From NCBI RefSeq assembly GCF_004010195.1, contig NC_057719.1, positions 23,835,629-23,899,628 of the forward strand: DNA of 64,000 nucleotides, read 5' to 3'. The notes below the pieces were generated by a model. It saw nothing but the letters and a program-made list of their open reading frames with translations. It was not told the DNA's origin and did no database searches. This document shows positions 25,801 through 38,990 of the stretch, in pieces. Origin of the DNA: Chiloscyllium plagiosum. Lineage: Eukaryota. The position numbers were made by a program, and so were the translations under genes. The stretch's first letter is position 1. Each line of letters opens with the position of its first letter.

Positions 25801-26229
25801 TATAGATATAAATTGTTTTCATTCAATTCAAAGTTCACCTTTAAATCAGACAAGTAGGTACAAGAAATTGTAATGAATCATTGAAACTCCTTTACCAATC
25901 TAACAATCTGTTTGGGGATTTCTTTCAGATCCTGCCGATTAGGGTTGGAGGAGGGGTGTTATTGGAGACAAAAAAGAATGGAAAATTGGGGGGGGGGGAG
26001 AAAAACGCATTAGTTTTTACTTGGCACATAAAGGGTAGTACTGCCAAATCTAGAGCTTCCTGTTCATCCAGATCTTTATAGGATAGGCTAAAGTTTATTT
26101 TTTTAAAAACAAGCCTCTGACAGTTACAAAAACTTAAATTAGGAATAGACAATAAATGCTGGCTGGCCAAAACAACTCCCACATCCCATGAATAATTTTT
26201 TTTACAAAAAAGGTACAGGTTGAAGTAAA

Positions 26230-27445
26230 ATAGGAAAGAGAATATGAGAAAATAGTGGCAGTTAAAGTCAAGGAAAATCCAAAAATGTTTTATCGTTACT
26301 TTCAGAGCAAGAGGATAACTAAGGAAAGGTAGACCTGATCAGAGATGTATATGGTACCTTGTGCAGGGATAACAAAGATGTGGACAGGGTTCTTCATAAG
26401 TACTTCCTCCATTTGTGAAGACTACAAAGCAGGAATTTTGCAGATACTCAAGTTGAAGAGGAAGTGTGAAATAATGGATACCTAAAGCATTATGCATGAG
26501 GAAGTATTGGAGGAACTGACCACCTTGAATGAATAAATTACCGGTGCAAGATGGATCATATTGTAGTCTGGTAAAGGAAGCCAGGGAGTACAAAGTGGAT
26601 GCTTTGAGCATTAGAGGATTGGAGGTATGCAAACGTTGTGCTATCCTTTAGAAAAGGTGCAAGGAGCAGGTCACATAATTATCGGCAAATTATTAGAATC
26701 AGTTCTGAGAGACAGGATAAACTGTCTGTTAGAAAGACCTGAATTAATCAGGAACAATTAGAATGGTTTTGTTGAGAAAGGTCATCTTTTACAAACTTGT
26801 TGAATTTTTTGAGAAGGGAGATGGAGAATTGATCGTGGTTTGGGAAGAGGCCCAGTGATCTTTGCCTATATAGATTGTAGTAAAGCACTTGGAACTGTAC
26901 AAAACGCTGAATAGGTTACAGCTGGAATTTTGTCTACAATTTTGGTCGCTGCTATCCAGGAAGAACATAATTACTCTGGAGAAGATATATAAGAGATTTT
27001 CAGGAATGTTTCCAATTCTTGAAACATGCAGCTACGAAGAAATATTGAATAGGCTAGAGTTGTTTCCTTAAAACAGAGGGAGCTAATGGGTGAATTCACT
27101 GAGATTTAAGAAGTTCTGAGGGACATAGATAGTGTAAACTAGAAAGACTTGTTTTCCATAGCAACAAGGTCAAGTATTAGGGATAGAGATTTATGCTGAT
27201 TGGAAGAAGAATTAGAAGTGGCACAAGATAAACTTTTTCACCCAGAGGGTGGTGGATGTTGGAATTCACCACCAGGTTTGTTGGTTGAGGCAGAAACCCT
27301 TAATTAATTTAAAAGGTTCCTTAGATTTGCACCTGGAGTGCTGTAACCTGCAAGGCTATGGATCATGTGCAGGGAAGTGGGATTAGAAGTGCAGACATAA
27401 TGGGTTGATTAGCTGTTCTTCCTGTAAATTTTTGTTTGGTTCCAA
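26230..27445 (+). mobile_element. Old CR1-like LINE fragments
   Basis: KENPKMF, LYKTL.R.QLEFCLQFWS, CR1-like 3' end. Confidence 0.7.
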
Positions 27446-27970
27446 AGGACATGGATTTACCTGATTAAAGCACTAGATTTAGTGTGGGAGTGGAGGGTCG
27501 AAAAGCAGCATCCAATGCCATTGCTTTTGTGATTCTATATATGAAATTTCCTAGAAGTACACTCCATCCAAACTTATGAGGCAGAGAGTTTGCCTGTAGA
27601 GAATGTTCTTGATGCTGGAAGTACAATGCAATCTGGTATGAACATCATTCAGTAAAAATAATTATATTTTAACAATTCTCCTTAGAACAATGCTGCATGT
27701 GCACTTTATATTCCTATTGACCTGCACATGGAGCAAAGATTTTGCTTCTTAATTCTAGAATTTAAAAACATTAACAATTGTAGTTTGACATGCAGAATGT
27801 AGCTAAATGTGAGTAATCATTGCTTCTGGTTTTGGGTACAGTTCTTAACAACTGGTAGTAAAATTGTTGCTATTTCATAGACTTAGCATCACATTGTTTT
27901 TAAGAACAACTTTATTTGAATTTTAAAATGTCCATAGATAAAAATGGAATTTAATGCTTTTCTGTTCTAG

Positions 27971-28009
27971 ATTTGGAACGAGAGAACATTTAACACAAAG
28001 TACATTGAG
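27971..28009 (+). CDS. GALC: GALC exon 6 (catalytic acid/base Glu in WNE)
   Basis: ttctag|IWNERTFNTKYIE|gtaagt; 39 nt. Confidence 0.95.
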
Positions 28010-30605
28010 GTAAGTGTAGAATAATTTTGATGATAAGTTTTTAATTATCTTCACCTTTGTTTCTTTAAATAGTACATTATGTTTTAAAACATAATGTAAA
28101 AATATAAAATGAACTTCACAAGGACACATTTCTCTGCATGCTGACCATCTGTGAAATTTACCTAATACAGGTTTTGTGAATATCCTGTTGTGCAAAGATT
28201 TTTTAAAAACAAATTATAGCATTTAGACTGAATAAACAAAATAGAACAATTAACTTAGTTTTCATTATGTAAAATTATAATTGGCTTTGAAATTATGAGG
28301 TCCAGCATTGTCATTTGGTATGATAAAATTGTAACTGGAACTAGCTACAGTAACATTTTTCTTTTTGAGATAAAGGAGAACTGCTGCTATTGCTCAATTT
28401 TGTCCATTGGAATAAGACATTGACATATTCTTGTAGAAAAGCCCAAATTCATGTCATGACCTTGAAGTAATGTTAAATTATCTCTCAGAATGTACTACTT
28501 TGTTTCATAAGTAAGGAATTTTCAATTTATTGGCCATTCATGCTTGGAAAGGCATAGTGTTTTTATGAACTGATAAAAATTTTAATTTTGCAAAATTTTA
28601 CTTTTGAATAATCAGAGGAATGTGCCTTTGTACTAAAGTAGACTTTTTTTTCAACCTTTGTGATAAATGGCAAAAAGATACAAATTGCTATTTTTGCTCC
28701 AAAACTCGGGTGAGTTATTACAATTGTTTTTGAGAGGATGTGAATATGTTATATAATAACTTATTAAATCTTCGTTCATCAAGTACTTAATGAAGACTAA
28801 AGGCAACTTGTTATTAGTTTTGACCCTTGCTTTCAGAATGACTGAAATTTCAGTGAAAGCTTGTCTTTTGATTAACAGTACCATGCCAGAATAAGTTGGA
28901 CCACTTCAGTTCCTTAAGTAATGGATGTTGTAGTTGTGAAAGGAAATGATTTATAGTTTTGTGCTTGCTTTGAAATTACATTCCAACCAGTCATATGATT
29001 ATTTAATATTGGTTTGGCTTTCTGACATAACAAAGAAACGTTAGTTTGATTTAGAATCAGCTAACATTTTATGTTTTGTAAACATATACCTCGGTACACA
29101 TATACTTATTAACTAAAGTTACTTTTCTTGTCATCTTCTTGGCTATTCCACCATCTTTTGGACTTGGTAATGTTTACAAATGGTGATCTACATCATAAGT
29201 AACTTCTAAAACCATTGTGTGGATAACAAAATATACCTGATGACTCCATGATGCCATATTACTACGCCACATTTATCAAAAGACATGATTAAAAAGCAAT
29301 GCACTGCAAAACGTTTTACTGTGTGAAAACCCTGCCAGTATAACACTTCTGTGATCCTCCTCTTGAAACTCTAATGAATCATGTCTTACAACATTGGACA
29401 CATTCAATGTATTTGACAGCACATTTCTGAGTAAGTTACCTTCATGCAGCTTCCCAGCAAAGCTATGATCTTAGGTATTTTATTTTCTCTTAACTGTTGC
29501 ATGATGATGGTTCGATGTTGAACATTTTTAAATGAATGTGGTGTAGATATAGCCCAGTGCTATTCAGTAGCAAATTACAGGGTTTTGACCCAGCAATACT
29601 AAAGGAACAACAATATATTTTCAAGTTTATGCATTGGAGAGGAACATGGTGCCTGTACTGCCTTATCTTTCCAGTTGTTAGTGGGTCACCTATTTCAGTA
29701 GTACAGTTGGGGAAGCTTTGGTGAATTATTGCCATACATCTTTTGCCGAATGTGAGTTGCAGCAGTGTTGCACTGGAAATTGAGGGTGCGAGGTGGTGGG
29801 TGATCAATTTATGTGCTTATCAGTCAAGTTGCTTTGTCATGGATGGCATCACACCTCTTGAATGTTGGAAATGCAGTTATTCTGGCAAGAATAGTATTCC
29901 ATCACAGTGGGTGAGAGAGAGACTTTGAGGAGTTAAGAGGTGAGTGATGAACCATAGAGTGTTCAGCTTCTGAACTATTCATGTAGCTGCAGTATTTATT
30001 TGGCTGGTACCGTTAACTTTCTGGTTAGTGGTGACAGTCAAGATTTTGCTGTGGTTTTTGATTGTGGTGGTGAGATTTTTCTTTTCACGTGGAGATGACT
30101 GTGTGCCTACATAAACAGCATAATCTAATGAATTGCTCTTAGTTGTATTAGTTTTTGCAATTTATGAGCGAACACTCCTACTTCTAACTTTATGATGAGG
30201 AGGAATTTCTTTTGAGGGATGAGCTCTGGGCAGAATTCTTGTGTATAATTAAGACTGAGATAGATCCTTGATCAGTAAGGGAATCAGGGCTTATGAGCAA
30301 TATGCAGGAAAGTGGATGTCAAATCAGCTTTTGGTGGAACAGCTTAAAGGAGCCAAATAGCCTACTCCAGTTCCTATTTCTTATGGAAGGAAAGTCTTGA
30401 TAAAATAATGGAAATAGTTGGGCCTAGGACGCAATTATGGAACTCCTGCAATAATATCAGAGGTTAAATGATCAACCTCCGATAATCACAACCATTGTTA
30501 GGTGCAATTTCAGTCAGTGGAATGTTTTCTACAGATTCCCAGTAATCTCGATTATACTTTACCTCACAAGTTTTGAGATGATTTGTAATCGGTTTAGGTT
30601 CTGGG

Positions 30606-30974
30606 TGTAAGCTTGCTCGCTGAGTTGGAAGGTTACTTTTCAGAACTTTTGTCACCTTATTAGGTAACATCATCAGTGAGCCTCCGGTGAAGCACAGGGG
30701 TTAGTGACCTGTTTTCTATTTGTATGTTTTGGTTTCCTTGGGTTGGTGATGTCATTTACTGCAGTGACATCATTTCATGTGGTGATGTCACTTGACGTTA
30801 GCATAAGAAATGATGTCACCGCAGGAAATGACATCACCAACCCAAGGAAACAGAAACACACAAATAGAAAACGGGTCACTAACCCCTGTGCTTCACCAGA
30901 GGCTCACTGATGTTACCTAATAAGGTGACAAAAGTTCTGAAAATTAACCTTCCAGCTCAGCATGCAAGCTTACA
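30606..30974. repeat. Long inverted repeat (~170-bp arms), second PLE-like family
   Basis: 30606-30776 is the reverse complement of 30807-30974; carries a decayed CTGATGA-GTTACC/GGTGAC hammerhead-like core. Confidence 0.85.
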
Positions 30975-32255
30975 TTCAATAGTATAGCTCCATGATGCCA
31001 CACTTGATTAAATGCTGTCTTCACATTAAGTCACTCTACCCACTAAGCATTTACTGTACCTTACAAAATAACTAAATTCTAAAGGTGTATGTTTGGGCTA
31101 AGGATGTAATGAAGTTAAGAGAAAAGTATTCCTGGTGGAATCCAGCTTAAAAACATTATTGGTGAGTAAGTGTCATATTGTAGTACTTTTCATTAAAGAT
31201 GATTGAGAATAAACTGGGATGTCAATTGGCCAGATCCCACACTTGATCAGTTTTCCATTTTGTTGGCTGGAGGCCTGTATTATAATTTTGCGATAATAGT
31301 GGTTCAAAGATTTCTGGAGCAAGTCTTCACAACAGTTGGATTGCCATAGCTTTTATTGTGACACATTTACCATTTTGAAGACTTTTTAAAAAAAATCTAG
31401 CAACTCTGCTAGAGCCTTGAAATCTTTTCTCGATCGTAAAGCCTGTAGTAAAGGCCATCCCGTGCCAAGTTTTGTCTTTTTTTCCTCGTAACTATTATAA
31501 TAAAGACTGTAGAAGTTTTGAACAAGGCTTTCGTGTGTGTGGAGGCTCTTCCAAACCCCTCTGCATTACGGCAAAATGCAAGGAAAAGTCTGGTCTAATC
31601 AATTAATGCTACACTTGTCTCTGGCTTCTATTATCTCCACAGTAACTCTCCTTTTCTTAGTCTTGGTCAATTATTTTCAAGTTTCTTCCATTCATTTGAA
31701 GTTGCTAAAATACCATACTGGACCTGTCCATGCAACCTCATCATAATGAATTGAGCATTCATTTCTGTTTTTGTTCAGTTCTGCCATCTTTCAGGTTTGA
31801 GACTCCTTGCCTCCCTCTCCTCCCTCTGATAATCTTTAGCCTTTTGGGTCCCAGATGGCATTTCATTGGTATTTCCTAATATTTGGTTTTTCTTTTATAT
31901 CTGTCTGTGATATCTTGGCTCTTTACTCAATTTCTTTTAGGAAAAGCAAAGTTAGTGCAGTATTAAGTGGTCTTGATCCTATTTTCCTGTATATTTATAA
32001 AGATCAACAAGAGAATATTTGGTTTGTCAGTTCATAAGGAAATATTCTTCTTGAATCCAGTGTTTCTTGTTAAGCACTCCACGTGTTTTTTATGCCTGCT
32101 ATTGAAAGTGAAGCACTTTGTCAAAAATAGCTTTTTAATCTAATTAACTATTTTACATTTTGAGAACAAAACACAAAATCATGAGTAGACAACAGGGGGA
32201 GATCACTGATTTTTGTAGTTAACTGGCTTGATTGTGGTTCTGGTACTAACAGTTT

Positions 32256-32490
32256 CTAGATTACAGTGGTGCTGGAAAAGCACAGCAGTTCAGGCAGCAT
32301 CTGAGGAGCAGGAAAATCAAAGTTTCGGGCAAAAGCCCTTCATCAGGAATAGAGCTGTATTCCTGATGAAGGGCTTTTGCCCGAAACGTTGATTTTCCTG
32401 CTCCTGGGATGCTGCCTGACCTGCTGTGCTTTTCCAGCACCGCTCTAATCTGAACTCTGGTTTCCAGCATCTGCAGTCCTCACTTTTGCC
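32256..32490. mobile_element. PLE-derived palindromic element with 18-bp TSD
   Basis: Arms ~32258-32351 and 32358-32451; TSD TTCTG(G/A)TACTAACAGTTT at 32238-32255 and 32491-32508. Confidence 0.9.
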
Positions 32491-32582
32491 TTCTGATACT
32501 AACAGTTTGTAAATTTGCAGTATAGATACTTAGTATGTTTCTATATATAGTCCAGTGATTTTTGTCTTTATTTGTTGCAAAG

Positions 32583-32710
32583 GTGCTGCGCCAGTCTCTG
32601 GATAAAATTGGTTTAAAGAATGTTGGTATTATTGCTGCTGATGGAACTTGGGGGATCGCAAATGATATGTTAGTTGATCCATACCTAAATGATGCAGTTA
32701 AAATTATAGG
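32583..32710 (+). CDS. GALC: GALC exon 7a (alternative copy of exon 7)
   Basis: ttgcaaag|VLRQSLDKIGLKNVGIIAADGTWGIANDMLVDPYLNDAVKII(G)|gtaagt; 128 nt, phase 0-2, no stop codon, homologous to exon 7b. Confidence 0.9.
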
Positions 32711-33612
32711 GTAAGTTTTTAGGGCTAACTTGTCTAAGAAATTTCAACCCATGTTTTTTGTCTGTCTTATATATCCTGGGGTCCAATTTCGTTTCACATG
32801 TACAGGATGCAAATGAAAGCCTATTTTGGATTGACTACATTCATTAGGATTGATCTGTTCTATTCCAGTGGTAAAAGAAATTCCTCTTTCTTATATTTAA
32901 TGAATGAATGGGATAGGAATTAAGCAAAAACATTGACCGTGGATCAAAATTGGAATATTAAAAATTCAAGGAATGTCTTCAAGGATAACTTTGAAATGTC
33001 CAGTGTTGCCTGTCTCCAGTGTGTATATGGAAAAAAAATATAGTTAGCCTAGTTTGGCTCCCTTCCAAATCAGCAAAAGTTTCTGATATGGCTATGAATC
33101 GTCTGCCTTTTTAAATCATCTTTTGATGTCTATCAAAAAGAATCTGACTACCAAATGGCTAGAATCCATAAAACAAACCTTTTTTGAAAATTTGGATATC
33201 TTTTATTCATTCCTGGGATGTGGGCATTGCTGGTTAGGCTAGCATTTATTGATCTTTTCTTAATTATCCAGAGGGCATTTAAGAGTCGACAAGGTAAAGG
33301 TGAAAGATTTCTTTCCCTAAAGTATTGGTGAACGAGATGAGTCTTTGCAATGATCAGTAGTGCTTCCATGGTCACCCTTTATTCCAGATGTTTTTATTGC
33401 ATTGAAATTCCATTATCTACCATGGTAAGATTCAAATCTATGTCCCAGATCAATAACCCACTATTTCACTGTCTGTCCTTTTGAAATCTAATCATTTGAA
33501 TTCTTCTACTGACCTCTTATAGGGAGACATTAAGAGTGGCAATAAATCAGATGATTGTATTATCAGCTTGGCATGTAATATGCAGTGCTTTAACCACTTG
33601 TCAAAACTATTA

Positions 33613-33644
<32 letters not shown>

Positions 33645-34589
33645 TGCTTTTCTCTTTTTTTTCTCTTCCTTTTTTGTGTTCTTTGCTCTTCCTTCTGTTT
33701 CTACTTCTCTCTCCCTACTACCTTTTGCAAGCTGAGCCCACATCTTCTTATGAAAACTGAGCTTGGAGAATTGTCAATATCAGTTATTGCAAGATCAAAT
33801 ATACCAAAGCTTTAGTACATATTTCATATATGCACAAATATCAGAAACTTTGCAACATTTTTGAATCACATATTGAATTTATGTTTGTGTTGCATCTTAT
33901 TATACATGTGAAAGAAAAATAAATGATTGTAGGGTATTTTGATAAAGATGCTGCTTTATTTACAGTCCTGCTTTGAATGTTTTTTGCTGATTTATAAATA
34001 TTAGGTCATCTGATGTTTTTGGTTGTTACTGTTAACATCCAAACCTGTGAAAATTAGAACTCAAAGGTAACTACAGAGAAAATAACACACATCTTTTGTT
34101 TTAATTTTAATGTCACTAAACCTCAAGAAAACCATTAAAAAACTAAACTATCTGTAGTAGATGCATCTGTTAGTGACATTATCAGTAAGCTTGACCACCC
34201 CACAGTTATTGTGAAGATGAAGTCTCACCTTCTCATTTAAGATGACCATCAATGTATTGTACAGCTCTATCACCATGCTCAGTGACCAAAAAGAGGCTTC
34301 GGTCTGGTGAAAGTACAGCACAGGACTAGTTAGATGCCAAGCAGTTCAACCAGCATGTGATAGACTGGGTTAAGTGATCTCAAACAACAGATCAATTTAA
34401 TGCTCTGGAGTTCTGCTAGATCCAGTTGTGATTAGTTGTGGTCAACAAAATAACTCACTTAAAGAGAGTTCTACAAATGTCTTTATTGAAGTGATTGGGG
34501 AGCACAGCACATCAGTGCAGCGGACAAGGTTGAAGCATGTCCAAGCGCTGTGAGCCAAATATACTGAGTGTGAGTGAATGCTCTATCTC

Positions 34590-36450
34590 AACTTCTTCCT
34601 GAGATTTCCACCATCTTGGATGCCAACATGTCAGCTAATTGATACACTCCACACGATATCGTGAAACAGCTGAAGGCACCGGATACTGCAAAGGCTATGG
34701 GTCCTCACAAAATTGTGGCAGTAATAGTGAAAAAGTGCCCCAGATCTATCCATGCCCTTAATGAGCTGTTTCAGTATAGTTGCTGGTATCAACCTGGCAA
34801 CATGTAAAATTGCCTAGATGTGTCTGGTGTGCAAAAATAGAATGAATCCGACATGAACCATTATTGCCTCATCAGTTTACATTCAGTAATCAACAAAGCT
34901 TTGAAAGGTTTCATTGACAGCAGTATCGATGACTGTCTTTATCCATGTTTGTCTGCTCACTGATGTAAAATTTGGGTTCCACCAGGCATACTCCACTCTT
35001 AATCTCATCACAGACTAAGTCCAAACATGAACAAAATAATGGAACTCAATGGACTCTGCCCTTGACATCAAGATGATTTTTGATTGAAATGACATCAAGG
35101 AACCCCAGTAAGACTGGACTCATTGGAAATTAGAAAGAACACTCTGCTGCTTGGAGTCATAGCTATCACAAGGGAAGGTTTTAGATTACATTACAGTGTG
35201 GAAACAGGCCCTTCGGCCCAACAAGTCCACACCGACCCGCCGAAGCGTAACCCACCCATACGTTTATCCCTTACCTAACACTACGGGCAATTTAGCATGG
35301 CCAATTCGCCTGACCTGCAATTCGCCTGACCTTGTGGGAGGAAACCGGAGCACCCAGAGGAAACCCACACAGACACGGGGAGAACGTGCAAACTCCACAC
35401 AGTCAGTCGCCTGAGGCGGGAATTGAACCCCGGTCTCTGGCGCTGTGAGGCAGCAGTGCTAACCACTGTGCCACCGTGCCGCCCATAAGGTTGTTGTTGT
35501 GATTCTTGGAGGTCAGTCATCTCAGCTATAGGACATCATGGCAGGATTTCCTGAGGGTAGTATCCTAAGCCCAACCATCTTCAGCAACTTCATAATGACT
35601 TTCCCTCCATAATAACATCAGAAGTCAGGATGGTTACTGATTGTTCAGCTCCATTAGCAATGCATCAAATACAGAGGCAGTCCGTGTCCAAATACAGCAA
35701 GACCTGGACAACAGTCAGGCATGAGTTAGTGTGATGTAAGTGTTCTTTGTAACTTGTACATAAGTAACAGGAAATGCTCACCACCTACAAGTGAGAATCT
35801 AGCCATCACCCCTTGACATTGAGTGGCATTAGCATCGCAGAATTCCACACTATCAACATCCTGGGGTTACCATTGACTAGAAACAAAGCTGGTCTAGCAC
35901 TAATAATACTGTGGTTACAGGAGCGGGTTGAAGGCTGGGCATTCTCTGGTGAGTAACTCACCATCTGGCTCCTCAAAATCTGTTCACCAGACTGTGATAG
36001 AATACTGTATATTTGCCTTGATGAGTGTAGCTCTTGCAACACTCAAGAAGATAAACACATTTGAAGACAAAGCAATTCACTCTATTATCATTCCATTCTC
36101 TACTTTCAAAATTTATTCTCTCCACCTCCACAGTGGCACATACAACTGCCACCTGTCGGGAGCATTGCAGTAACTCACCAAAAGTCTTTTTCCAAACTCA
36201 TTACCTCGGTCATGTAGAAGATCAAGGGCAGCAGAAGTAGGGCAACATCATCCCCAAGCTGCACATCCTGACTTGGACCTATATTACCATTCCTTCATTG
36301 TTGCTGATCCAAAATTCTGGAACTTACTTCCCTACAGCACAAGATGAACCTAAACCATGCGAACTGCAGCAGTTCAAAAAGGTCACCACCACCCACTCAA
36401 ATGCAATTAGGAATGTTAGTCTAACGAGTAATGCCTACATCCCGTTAATA
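34590..36450 (+). mobile_element. CR1/L2-clade LINE RT and 3' portion with nested HE1 SINE (35182-35485, minus)
   Basis: LDTAKAMGP, LDIK..FD and G.P.GS.L.PTIF-like motifs; same family as 41330-44920. Confidence 0.75.
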
Positions 36451-37199
36451 AGTAAAAATGAATAAATAGTATATGTTGACAACTGGCAATTTTCTATTGT
36501 TCAAAGAAAATACTTCTGTAGATCTTGTTGCTTTTCCAAATGTAATCCATTTTAAGGATTTTGTGAACACCAAATACTGATGAGCTATTTACTAAAGTAT
36601 GTGCGATATTTGACAATGGACTGTGTATTCTGACAACTGTTAGAATTAACATTTAATGAGCAGATCATCAACATTACAGTCAAGTTTAAATAAAATTCAC
36701 AATGTGATTAAGTTGGTGTTAAATTCTATTTCTGTGCCATGAATGGTATATAGTCATAATTGTACATGGTGAATCAGTTTTGTTAATAACAGGATACAGG
36801 CATTTTCAGCACTCCTCCCTAACACCTTGTTATTACATATTCATTGCCTGCACGTCTTCTGATGTGATTTTCAAGAAAAACAAATTAGAATTTTTTTGCT
36901 TATTCTCTACCCAAAAAAAAAATCTAGTACTTCAGTAGAAATTGTTTGAGCAGTTCTGTGTATTTTGTTTTTTTCACAGTAGCTGCTTATTAGTTGATTG
37001 CAATGTTGACAAGGTGATTACTTAACACAAATATGATAGTTAAAGCTAAAAATGAAACAAAATCAGGTAACTGATGTAATTAGGAAAACCAGGCTTTTTA
37101 CAGTACAAAATACTGTTTGTGCATTACCAGCTTTAATGGTTTAGTGAATTTACTGATAAACCTGCAAAATTTCTTCAAACATGGACTACAATCTTTAAT

Positions 37200-38990
37200 A
37201 AAATCAGAAATTGATGGAAAACCTCAGCAGATCTGGTAGGAACTGTGAAGGTAAAATTAACATTTTGGGTCCAAATGAAGACCCTACTTTAGAATTGACT
37301 TGAGCAAGGAAAAGGTTGACATAAATGCTGAAGATGGTGCAGGAGGAGTGGGGAGGAGTAAATGATAGGTAGAGATAGAGAGAAGGTCAAAGGTGTGGTC
37401 ATGGGCCTAGTTATGCCTGTCTTTTTGTGGGGTACATGGGTTCCTTGTTCTGGTCGGATATGAACCCCCACCCACAACTCTTTCTCCGTACATCCATTAC
37501 ATCATTGTTGCTGCTTCCCTGTCCTGTCTGGATTGGAAAAGTTTATTAATTCCAATATCCACCCGCCTTTACCTTTTCACTTGGTCCATCTCTGACTCCT
37601 CCCTTCCCTTCCTCAACATCTGTTTCCATTTCTGGGATAGGCTGGCCACCAATATCCACAACAAATGCACTCACTCCTATAGTTACCTTGATTATAAATT
37701 GTCACACTCTGCTTTCTGTAAAGACTGTATTCCATTCTCCCAGTTTCTCTGACTCCATTGCATCTGTTCCAATAATGCCATCTTCTGCAAGAGGGCCTCC
37801 AAAATGTACACCACCTTCCTTGTCTGAGGATTCCCCACAACTGTGGTTGACAGTACCCTCAGCTGTGCCTGACCCATCTCCCACCCCTTTGTCTTCACCT
37901 ACCATCTCACCAGCATTCACATTCAAAGGATCCTTAGCTGCCAATTCTGCCACCTCCAGCAGGATGTCACCAGCAGGCACACATTCCCCTACTCTCCCTT
38001 ATCAGCCTTCCACAAGGACCATTCCCTCTGTGGTACCTTGGTCTGTTCCTCCTCCACTCCCAACAGCGCTCCACAGCATCTCCCCATTCAATTGCAAGTG
38101 GTGCAATTTTTGGCTGTTTACTTCCTCTCTGTTCATTATCCAAGGGCCCAGACGCACCTTCCAGATGAAGCAAAGATTTACCTGCTCCAATCAATCTAGT
38201 TTACCATATTCACTGTTCAGTGTAGTCTGCTGTATACTGGGGAGATGAAATGCAACTTAGGAGATTGCTTTGCAGAACACTTATATTCTGTCTGCAAAAA
38301 TGACCCTGAGCTTCATGTTACCTGCCACTTCAGCACCACCACCATGTTCTCTGGCCAACATCTCTGTCTCAGGCTTGCTGTAGTGCTGCAGCAAAGCTCA
38401 GCACAAGCTGAAAGAACAGAGTCTCATTTTCCACTTGAGGATCCTGAAGCCTTCCAGGCTCAATATAAAGTTCAATAATTTTAGGAACAAAATCAGAAAT
38501 TACAGGAAAAGCTCAGCTGGTCTGGCAGCATCTGTGTAGAGAAGTAAGTTAACAATTTCAGGTCCGGTGACTCTCAACTTTGGGGCCTTTAACTTTAGTT
38601 CCTGAGCATCTTTGACTGTGACATTGCCGCAAACCCTACACGCCAGACCTTGTCATCACATGGGCTGCTACCAAGAACAACGACTGTCAGCCATTATTGG
38701 TCCCCTATTGATTCTCCCAGGCTGATCTTTTGCCCATTCCTTTTTCTCACTCCGTGTCTGTCTCTTCCCCTCCTTCTGGACTCATCTCCACTTATCTCTC
38801 CATCCTCTTCCTCCACTCCATCTTCAGCATATATATCAACCTAGCTAAAATCAGTTCTGAAGAAGAGTCACTGGACCTGAAATGTTAACTGTCACCTGTT
38901 CATAGATGCTGTCAGACCTGCTGTGCTTTTTACAGCAATTTGTTTTCTGATTTCCAGCCTTTGTAATTCTTTGGATTTTTTTTTTGTTTA
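37200..38990 (+). mobile_element. Penelope-like element, 5'-truncated (RT C-terminus plus GIY-YIG, with inverted terminal-repeat copies)
   Basis: LPFLNI...DRLATNI...SHSYLDY RT tail; Y.GE.K..LGD.FAEHL.SV GIY-YIG region near 38230-38340; terminal unit at 38850-38985 with inverted copies near 37200 and 38490. Confidence 0.85.
38852..38891 (+). ncRNA. Minimal type I hammerhead ribozyme motif (PLE-associated, probably degraded)
   Basis: Stem I CAGTT/AACTG, core CTGAAGA, imperfect stem II AGAGTC-ACTG-GACCT, GAAA, then GTT. Confidence 0.55.

Noticed and set aside
32583-32710. Exon 7a as part of a second GALC gene or a misassembled haplotype
   Set aside because: I found no duplicate of any other exon or flanking intron, and ~50% protein divergence is far beyond allelic difference.
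37688-38248. 186-aa Pro/Ser-rich ORF as a host gene
   Set aside because: Frameshifted reading of the Penelope RT to GIY-YIG region.
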